The notes below the pieces were generated by a model. That model had not been told where the DNA came from. It ran no database searches and saw nothing but the letters and a program-made list of their open reading frames with translations. Below are positions 56,589 to 64,000 of a stretch of DNA of 64,000 nt, one piece after another. The translations under genes and the position numbers were made by a program. The stretch's first letter is position 1, and each line of letters starts with the position of its first letter. The stretch is from an uncultured delta proteobacterium (GTDB taxonomy: Bacteria; Myxococcota_A; Polyangia; Fen-1088), in contig CAVYGB010000008.1 of the NCBI GenBank assembly GCA_963767925.1, forward strand, positions 1,376,001 through 1,440,000. Direction: 5' to 3'.

Positions 56589-56803
56589 CGGATGAGTCCC
56601 GCTTCGAGCTGAAGCGCACTTGCCCCCTGCTGTCGACAAAGCGGTGGCGGTGGTCCATGCCGCCGGACAGATCGGTGTGGGGTCAGGAGATCGCGTGGCG
56701 TGAAAGGTTCGACCATGGTTGCGTCCCGGAAAACCGCCCGACACTACCATCGAGCGGCGCTCCGGAGCCCACCGAGTTCCAGGGCGCACATCCCGGTTGG
56801 CGG

Positions 56804-59800
56804 TCAACCTGCGCCGACGTTCTTGAGAAACTCCTGCGATTCCGCGGCGACCGGGTCATCCTGCGCCGCCTCCTGAACGGCGCGGCGGGCGAAGAGCACC
56901 GCGCGGTCGGTCTCGCCCCGACGGTGCGCGATCTTGGCCTGGCGCAGGAAGGCCACCGCTGTGCTGAGCGAGCCGGCCGCCTGATGCACGGTGATGATCC
57001 GCAGCGCCTTCGTCGCGAGGTCGTAGTCCTCGAGCGCCTCGGCCCGATCGGCGAGCTCGGTGGCGAGGGCGCCGTTCTTCTTGTCGGCGTCGAGCGCCCG
57101 GCTCAGCGCCGACAGCTCCGTCTTGCCGTCTCCGGCCCGGGCGGCGATGCGGGACAGACGCACGTACAGCGTGGCCAGCGCCGGGGAGGCCTTCCCCTTG
57201 TGGGCAGCGATCAGCGGCTGCAGCAGGTTGGCCGCCTCCTGCAGCTCACCCGCCAGAGCGTGGGCGTCCGACAGCAGGAGCTGGACGTCCGGATCGCCCG
57301 GCCGCAGGGCCTGTGCCTCCTCGAGCGCCTTCGCCGCGATCGAGGTGTCACCGGCCTGGACCAGCAGGGCCCCCGCCCGCAGCAGATACCCGTAGCGCTG
57401 GTCGGGGTCTGGACAGCGATGGGCCTCGTCGAACAGCAACATCGCCAGCTTGGACGAGTCCCCTCCCCGCTCGTAGATCTGGGCCAGGCGGTTGATCAGG
57501 CGGGCCTCACCCGGGTTGGCGGCCAGCGCCGCCTCGAGCGGGGCGGTGGCCTCGGCGGGACGCCCGACCCGCTCGGCCAGATCGGCCGCCCGCTCGGCGG
57601 CATCGACGCGGGCCGAACCCTCGAGCAGCGGCGACATGCGCACGGTTGTCGCCAGAGCCCCCTCGAGATCGCCGGCCGCTTCGGCCAGCTCACCGGCCAG
57701 GCGCAGCGCCCGGGCGTCGGGGACCTTGGTCCGCCCGAGCAGCTCGAGCACGAACTGGCGGGCCTCGGCCAGGGCGCCCCGGGCGCGCAGCAGCTCGGCC
57801 AGGGTCAAGGTGGCGTCGCGCGCGGCCTCGGCGTCCTCGCCCGCCATGGCCTCGGTTCGCCAGGCCACGAGGGCATCGGCGAGCGAGTTGAAGGCGTCCT
57901 GGGGCGAAACCTGATGGGCCTCTTGCAACGCGGCCACCGCCGCCCGCCGGTCGCCGGCCCGGCTGTGGAGCTCGGCGCACAGGAGCAGGAGCGCCAGGCG
58001 GCGCGGCCCGGACAGCCCCGGGGTGTCGAGCGCCGCCTTGACCTCCGCCACCGCGCCGGCCCTGTCCCCCTCGGCCGCCATCGCCCGCGCGAGCTGGGCG
58101 AACACGTCCTGGTCCTCGGGCGCGCGCTGGCGCGCCTGCCGCAGCAGGGCCAGCGCCCCCGGCCCGTCCGCCAGGCGGGACGCCCGCAGGGTGGCCGCCT
58201 CGCAGAGCAGGGCCGCCCCCTCGCCAGCGTCTTGCTGGCGGGAGGCCTCGCTGGCCAGCAGGTCGGCCAGCGGGGCCCAGGCGTCGTGGGTCCGATACCA
58301 CTGCTCGAGCTGGCTCGAGAGGCCGGCGTCTCCGGGCGAGAGGGCGCAACCCCGCTCGAGCACGCGGCGGACCGCCGGCTCGTCGCCCAGCCGGCCCCAG
58401 ACCTCGGCCAGCAGGCGGACCAGCGCCGCGCCCTGGCCTTCGGCCTCGACGGTCAGCAGCTCTTCGAGCAAGGTGGCCTTCTCGGCCGTCATCTCCGCGC
58501 TCGGCGTGCGCGCGAGCAGGCGCCGCAACAGCTCGCGGTGACCGGGCGCCACCCGCAGGGCGCGCTCGTACACCGGGCCGACCCGATCGCTCCCCGCCCG
58601 TTCGAGCACGTCCCCCAGCCGCAAGGCCGCCTCGACGGCGCCCTCCCGGTCGCCCGTCTCGGTCCGCAGCTCGAAGCTCTGATCGAGGAGATCCACCAGA
58701 TCGGTCTCCGAGCCCAGCCGCTCGTAATACGCCGCTAGCAAGGTGAGGGCCTCCAGGTGGCGGGGCTCGTCGAGCAGGACGTCGCGCAGGCTCTCGGCCG
58801 CAGCGGCGTCCCGGTCGTCCCGGCCCAGCAGGAAGCGGGCCCGGGCCACCCGGAGCTCGCTGCGCCGGGCCGGCTCCACCAGCAGCGGCAAGGTCTCCGC
58901 CACCAGCCGGTCGACGCCCTCGCGGTCCCCGCTCTCCATGTAATGCGCGGCCAGCGGCCGCCAGATCGCCTCGTCGGCGGGCGTGCGCGCCCGCAGACGT
59001 TCGAGGAGCTGGGCGCCCAGGCGCAGATTGCCGGCCCGGGCCGCTCGTTCGCTCAGCTCGCGGACCAGCGCCAGCAGGCGGTCGGAGTCCAGCACCTCGG
59101 CCACCCGATCGAGGTTTCGCGCCGCCCCTTCGAAGTCCCCCGCGGCCTTCTTGCGATGGACCAGCTCGAGCAAGGCCCAGGTCACCTCTGCCCGGGTCTC
59201 GGGCTGTTGCCCGGCCAGCTCAGCCAGCCGCAACAGCAGGTCCTCGATCCGATCGTTGCGTCCCAGGGCCACCGCCAGGTCGACCGCCTCCCGGACCTCC
59301 GCGGCGCTCACCGCCGGGTTCGCCGCCCGTCGATCCAGATAGTCGAAGAGCATGCGCTCGTCGCCCGAGGAGCGGGCCACCCGCTCGTAGAGCGGCAGCA
59401 GCTTGACGAGGTCGGCCTGGCCCAGCCCGGCTCCGGCGACGATCTCCATGGCCCGGTCGACCTGCTGGCTCTTGCCGAGGGCCAGCGCCAGGCTGGCGAT
59501 CCCCGCCTCGCGGGTCTCGCTCCGGGGCAACTGCAACGCCGCCGCCCGGTACAGGATGTCGGCCGCCGCCTCCGGCGTCGGCGCCTCGGCGGCTCTCTGC
59601 TGCAGCAGCCCCACCATGCGCGCGCTCTCGGCCAGGTCGCCCCGCTTCTCGGCCAGCCGGCCCAGGGCGCTCCAGATCTCGGCCGACTGGGCGCCGGTCT
59701 CGTCCGCCCGGCGGTAGAGGTCGAGCGCGCGCTCCCCGTCGCCGAGGTCGACTTCGCAGAGCTGGGCCGCCCGCAGCAGCAGCCCCGCCGCCACCTCGGC

Positions 59801-62800
59801 GTCGGGCCGGCGCCGGTGGCGGCTGGCCAGGGTCAACAGGCGCTTGACCAGGTCGTCGACCTTGCCGTGGGCCCGGGCCAGCGCGACGGCCGTTTCCTGC
59901 AGGTGCTCCCGCTCGGGCGCCGCCTGGATCGCGAGGATCTGGGCCTCGAAGGCGTCGGCGAGACGACCCTGCGCGCGCAGGCTCTCGGCCATCTGCGCGT
60001 AGACCTCGCCCTCGGCCGGCGAGCCCGCGGTGTGCTCGCGTCGCTTCTCGAACAGGCGGGCGAGGGCCTCGTGGGACCCCCGCTCGAGCAGGGCCCGCTG
60101 CAGCGTCTCCGCCTCGGCGGCGTCGCCCATGGCGGCGGCCAGCGCGGAATCGAGCAGCTCGGCCGCCTGCTCCTTCTGATCCCGCCTGCTGGCCAGGTCG
60201 GAAAGGCGCAGCAGGACCTCGGTGATGGCCAGGCCACTCCGGGGGCCGGCCGTCCCCTCGGCGGGGGCGGCGTCCTTGCGCCGGAGCATCAAGAGGGCCC
60301 GGTAGGCCCGCTCGGCGCGCTCCACCGCGCCGGTCGACTCGGCCACCTCGGCCAGCGGCACCAGGATCGCCGGGTTCGAGGCGTCCATCGAGGAGGCCTG
60401 CTCGAGGTGCTCGAGGGCAAACGGCAGATCGCCCATCTCGCGCGCGACCCGGGCCAGCCGCTCGTGCAGACCCGCGCGCTTGCGGCTCCGGCGCCAGCCC
60501 GCCTCCTCGATCAGCTCGAGCAACAGGGTGCGGGCCTCCTCCTGGCGCCCGCTCTGGCTCAGGCCTTCGGCGAGCGCCGAGCGCAGCCCCTCGTCGGTGG
60601 GTTGCAGGCGCACCGCCTTCTCCAGCACCGGCACCGCCCGGGCGAGCAGGCCGAGCTGGGCGTACAGATCGGCCGCCGCGCGGGCGTGGGTGACGAACGC
60701 CGTCTCGTCCTCGACGTATTCGCAGCCCTCGGCCAGGACCCGAGCGAGCTGCTCGCGGGCGTCGGCCGCGCGGTACAGATCGGCCAGCATGGTCCGCAGG
60801 CCCTCGGCCCGGGGCCAGTCGCCCAGGGCCCGCTCGAGGCAGGCCACCGCCCGGTGGCGCTGGCCGGCGGCCAGATGCGCGCGGGCCAGGCGGGCGGTCA
60901 CCTCGGTGCGCGCCTCCCCTTCGGTCATGTTGAGGCGCCGGTCCAGCCAGGCCGCCGCCGTTGGGAAGTCTCCGCTGGCGGTCTCGAGGGCCCCCAGCGC
61001 GTCGAGCGCCTCGCAGGTGGCCTCGAGCCGGGTGACCCGCTCCCAGGCGGTCACCGCCCGCGCGGGGCTGGCGAGCGTCTGCTCGGCCAGCCGGGCGAGC
61101 TGGGCCCACAGCGCGGCGGAGGGGCTGGCCTCGCCGCGGTCCTCCAGCAGTCGGGCCTGTTGCTCCAGGACCCCGGCCAGCTCCTCGGCCCGGCCCCGCT
61201 GCAACAGCACCTCGCTCAGCTTGCCCACGCTGGGGACGTGACCGGCCCGCTCGCCGAGGTTGGCGCGCAGGATCTCCGAGGGGCTGGTCTTCTTCTCGGA
61301 CAGGCCCTCGAGCCGCACGATCTCGAGCCGCAACGCCAGCCGCCGATCCAGATCCTCCACCGTCTCGAGCTCGGCCGTCCGCAGGGCGACCCCCTCGCCG
61401 TAGCGTTGCTCCTGCTCGTAGAGCCGCGCCAGCGCCTCGCGCACCGGGGCGCTGGCCGGGAGCTCCTCGTGCAGCAGCCGCCAGATCGGGATGGCCCCGG
61501 GACGGTCGCCCAGCGCCGACTCGGTGAGCTCGGCTGCCCGCTGCACCCAGGCCCGCCGCTTCTCCGCCGGGAAATCGAGGCGCCCGGCCTCCAGCAGGAG
61601 GGCCGTCGCCCGCCGGACCGCGGCCGGCTCGCCCCCCGCCACCTGCAGGCTCACGAGCTGCTCGAGGGCATACTCCGCCGCCTCGGCGGCGGAGGACTGT
61701 CCGCCCGCCGGGGTGGCCAGCCGCAACAGCCGGACTGACTCCACCCACAGCCGATCCAGGGTCGTCCGGGCCAGCGCCGGGTCGGCGAGCTTGCCGAGGG
61801 CCAGCTCGGCCGCCTCCCGCAAGGGGTCGAGGTTGCCGGGCTCCTCGACGGCGAGCTGGCTGAGCGTCTCCCACAACCGGCGATCGGGGCTCGCCCGCAG
61901 GACGTCGGCCCGCAGGCGCAAGGTGGGTACGTGGCGCGGGTCTCCTGCCCCGGCCCGCTCGACCGCGGCCGCGGCCGCCGCCCGATCGCCGCAGCGGTCG
62001 AGGAACGTCCGCGCGGCCCGCAGGTGCAGGTCGCGCCGGATCCCCGCCGGCAGCTCGCTTCTCCGCTCGACCGCCTCCGAGAGGGCCGCCGCGGCGGGAC
62101 CGACTCGATCGGTCTCCCCGGCCACCGCTTCGTAGAGCGGCAGCAGCACCCCCTCCCGCACCCCGGGAGACACCGCCGGATCGGTCAGCGCCGCGGCCGC
62201 CTCGGGCCACAGGCCCAGCCGGGCCGCCGTCCGCACCAGCCCCTGCCGGAGCTCCAGCCGGTGCGGCAACACCGCGAGACCGGCGGCGTAGCTCGCCCGC
62301 GCGCCCGCGGGATCCTCGAGGCGCGACTCGAGCAGCGCCCCGCGCTGCTCGGCCAGCTCGGCGACCAGGAGGGGTGGGGCGCCCGCGCTGGCCATGGCCT
62401 CGCCGAGCGCCTGGGCTGCCCGGGCGAAACCGCCGGTGGGCTCGGCCAGGCGCAGGACCTCGCCCGCGAGCCGAAGATCGGTGGCGGCCAGCGGCAGGGC
62501 CTGGCAGAGCCACTCGAAGGCCCGGGCCTTGTCGCCGGCCCGGACCTCGGCCCGGACCGCGGCCTCTTGCAGCAGGCGCACCCGCTCGATCGGGTCGGCG
62601 GTGCCGGCCAGCCGATGCGGCAGCAGATCCAGGAGCAGCTCCCAGGAATCGGTGCGACTGGCCGCGCGGGCGAGGACGTCGGCCGCCGCCGGCGCCCGGG
62701 CCGCGTCGGCCAGCAGGGCAGAGAGGCCCTCCCGCGCCCGGGCCTGGCCCGGGTCGACCTCGAGCGCGCGGCCGTACCAGGTGATGGCCCCTTCGGCCTG

Positions 62801-64000
62801 CCCGAGCTGCTCGCGGAGGGCATCGCCGAGGCGCACCAGCATCGCCGCGTGGCGCTCCCGGTCGGTCAGGGTGTTGCGGGAGAGCAGATCGGCCAGCTCG
62901 GCGTGACGACCCTGGCTGGCGTAGAGGTCGGCCAGGACCGAGACGCTCTCGGGATCTTCGCCGAAGCGGGTGGTGATCTCCCGCCAGGTCTCGGTGGCTC
63001 GGGGCAGATCGCCCAGGCGATCCCGGGCCACCGTGGCGACCTCGATCAGGTCGGCCCGGATCTGGTGGGGCGGCACCGGGGCGGCGACCCGCCGGCGCAG
63101 GACATTGATCAGCTCTTGCCAGCGTGCGGCCGAAGCCAGCAGGCGGGTCTCCGCTTCCAGCGCCTCGAGGTCGGCCGGATCCTGGCTCAGGCGGGCCTCC
63201 CAGGCGGCCAGCGCCCGCTCGACCTCACCCAGCTTGGCGGCCAGCTCGGCGGCGCGCGCCCACACCAGCCGCTGCTCGCCGCGCCGGGGCTCCACGGCCG
63301 CCAGGCGCTCGAGGGCCGAGAGCCGCTTGCCGTCTTCCCCCAGCTCGCCGTGGAGCTCCTCGAGCCGGCGCAGGGCCTCCACCCGCAGCTCGGCGGGTGC
63401 GGCCCGATGGGCGATCGCCTCTTCGAGCAACGAGGCCGCCTCGGCCCGGTTGCCGAGCTGGCGGTCGTGCACCCGGGCCGCGCGCACCAGCAGCTCGATG
63501 CGCCGATCGACGGACGCGCCGGCCGCCGCTGCGGCGTTCAGGCCGCGCGCCAGCCGGGCCGGCTCCCCGGCGATCTCGGCGAGCTGCCGCAGGCGATCCT
63601 CGTATTCCCGCTCCTCGGGGGCCAGGCAGGCGAGGGCGGTGTACTGGTCGATGGCTCCGCCGGTGTCACCGAGCGCGAACAGGCGCTCGCCGCACTCCCG
63701 GCGCAGCGATCGCAGCTCCTGCCCCTGGGAGAAGCGGATGGCGACCTGGAGCAGCTCGGGGATGCGCGCCTTGCGGCCCGCGCCGTCGTGGCGCTCGCGC
63801 AGGAGCTGCAAGGCCGACAGCCGGCTCGCAGCCGGGGCCGCGTCGTCGCCCAGGATGCGCTCGAGCAGCTCGGCGAGGGGGCTGTCGTCCGGCTCCTCGG
63901 GCAACAACCGCCGGACCTGGGCCAGAGCCTCCTCGGTCTTTTGCAGCTTCTCGTACAGGGCCGCCGCCACCCGGCGCTGCAGATCGCGGGCCTGGGCGCC
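56804..64000 (-). CDS. Giant TPR/alpha-solenoid protein, C-terminal >2390 aa (5' end outside window)
   Basis: Uninterrupted ORF still open at the window edge; Ala/Leu/Arg/Glu-rich TPR-like repeats. Confidence 0.88.
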   Translation of the reverse strand, partial: GAQARDLQRRVAAALYEKLQKTEEALAQVRRLLPEEPDDSPLAELLERILGDDAAPAASRLSALQLLRERHDGAGRKARIPELLQVAIRFSQGQELRSLRRECGERLFALGDTGGAIDQYTALACLAPEEREYEDRLRQLAEIAGEPARLARGLNAAAAAGASVDRRIELLVRAARVHDRQLGNRAEAASLLEEAIAHRAAPAELRVEALRRLEELHGELGEDGKRLSALERLAAVEPRRGEQRLVWARAAELAAKLGEVERALAAWEARLSQDPADLEALEAETRLLASAARWQELINVLRRRVAAPVPPHQIRADLIEVATVARDRLGDLPRATETWREITTRFGEDPESVSVLADLYASQGRHAELADLLSRNTLTDRERHAAMLVRLGDALREQLGQAEGAITWYGRALEVDPGQARAREGLSALLADAARAPAAADVLARAASRTDSWELLLDLLPHRLAGTADPIERVRLLQEAAVRAEVRAGDKARAFEWLCQALPLAATDLRLAGEVLRLAEPTGGFARAAQALGEAMASAGAPPLLVAELAEQRGALLESRLEDPAGARASYAAGLAVLPHRLELRQGLVRTAARLGLWPEAAAALTDPAVSPGVREGVLLPLYEAVAGETDRVGPAAAALSEAVERRSELPAGIRRDLHLRAARTFLDRCGDRAAAAAAVERAGAGDPRHVPTLRLRADVLRASPDRRLWETLSQLAVEEPGNLDPLREAAELALGKLADPALARTTLDRLWVESVRLLRLATPAGGQSSAAEAAEYALEQLVSLQVAGGEPAAVRRATALLLEAGRLDFPAEKRRAWVQRAAELTESALGDRPGAIPIWRLLHEELPASAPVREALARLYEQEQRYGEGVALRTAELETVEDLDRRLALRLEIVRLEGLSEKKTSPSEILRANLGERAGHVPSVGKLSEVLLQRGRAEELAGVLEQQARLLEDRGEASPSAALWAQLARLAEQTLASPARAVTAWERVTRLEATCEALDALGALETASGDFPTAAAWLDRRLNMTEGEARTEVTARLARAHLAAGQRHRAVACLERALGDWPRAEGLRTMLADLYRAADAREQLARVLAEGCEYVEDETAFVTHARAAADLYAQLGLLARAVPVLEKAVRLQPTDEGLRSALAEGLSQSGRQEEARTLLLELIEEAGWRRSRKRAGLHERLARVAREMGDLPFALEHLEQASSMDASNPAILVPLAEVAESTGAVERAERAYRALLMLRRKDAAPAEGTAGPRSGLAITEVLLRLSDLASRRDQKEQAAELLDSALAAAMGDAAEAETLQRALLERGSHEALARLFEKRREHTAGSPAEGEVYAQMAESLRAQGRLADAFEAQILAIQAAPEREHLQETAVALARAHGKVDDLVKRLLTLASRHRRRPDAEVAAGLLLRAAQLCEVDLGDGERALDLYRRADETGAQSAEIWSALGRLAEKRGDLAESARMVGLLQQRAAEAPTPEAAADILYRAAALQLPRSETREAGIASLALALGKSQQVDRAMEIVAGAGLGQADLVKLLPLYERVARSSGDERMLFDYLDRRAANPAVSAAEVREAVDLAVALGRNDRIEDLLLRLAELAGQQPETRAEVTWALLELVHRKKAAGDFEGAARNLDRVAEVLDSDRLLALVRELSERAARAGNLRLGAQLLERLRARTPADEAIWRPLAAHYMESGDREGVDRLVAETLPLLVEPARRSELRVARARFLLGRDDRDAAAAESLRDVLLDEPRHLEALTLLAAYYERLGSETDLVDLLDQSFELRTETGDREGAVEAALRLGDVLERAGSDRVGPVYERALRVAPGHRELLRRLLARTPSAEMTAEKATLLEELLTVEAEGQGAALVRLLAEVWGRLGDEPAVRRVLERGCALSPGDAGLSSQLEQWYRTHDAWAPLADLLASEASRQQDAGEGAALLCEAATLRASRLADGPGALALLRQARQRAPEDQDVFAQLARAMAAEGDRAGAVAEVKAALDTPGLSGPRRLALLLLCAELHSRAGDRRAAVAALQEAHQVSPQDAFNSLADALVAWRTEAMAGEDAEAARDATLTLAELLRARGALAEARQFVLELLGRTKVPDARALRLAGELAEAAGDLEGALATTVRMSPLLEGSARVDAAERAADLAERVGRPAEATAPLEAALAANPGEARLINRLAQIYERGGDSSKLAMLLFDEAHRCPDPDQRYGYLLRAGALLVQAGDTSIAAKALEEAQALRPGDPDVQLLLSDAHALAGELQEAANLLQPLIAAHKGKASPALATLYVRLSRIAARAGDGKTELSALSRALDADKKNGALATELADRAEALEDYDLATKALRIITVHQAAGSLSTAVAFLRQAKIAHRRGETDRAVLFARRAVQEAAQDDPVAAESQEFLKNVGAG

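Noticed and set aside
56589..56803. attR copy of the tRNA 3' end or an ncRNA
   Set aside because: Only GAGTCCC matches, plus a short hairpin (CGCTTC...GAAGCG); too little to call

Overview
Very GC-rich bacterial DNA whose gene content and order point to a myxobacterium (Myxococcota; inferred from the sequence only). Many single-base frameshifts fall in housekeeping genes (purH, purD, purE, accC, glpK, pilQ), which suggests uncorrected long-read indels rather than real pseudogenes. Positions 1-42.6 kb are mostly core genome: xerD, site-2 protease, scpAB, an RluB-like gene, purHDE, tsaC, DUF1015, a methyltransferase, pgpA, mazG and phoH/ybeY. Next come a minus-strand hydrolase-glpK-PP2C-ArsA-like operon, a sigma54 activator, pilMNOPQ, aroK, a Cys-rich lipoprotein, an MglC-like roadblock protein, aroQ, accBC, an SgmX-like TPR protein, hemF and a ~2600-aa TPR protein. 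tRNA-Leu(GAG) at 42671 is followed by a ~14 kb accessory patchwork with no integrase: several truncated genes, a RIO1 kinase, a SNF2-SWIM pair and a small Sm-like protein. A second giant TPR gene on the minus strand runs off the right end. The strongest leads are a PilQ secretin with a ~400-aa coiled-coil insert, a lone lysine-less ArsA/Get3-type ATPase in an apparent operon with glycerol kinase, and an RluB-like protein with a degenerate catalytic loop. No CRISPR array, rRNA or intact mobile element was seen.
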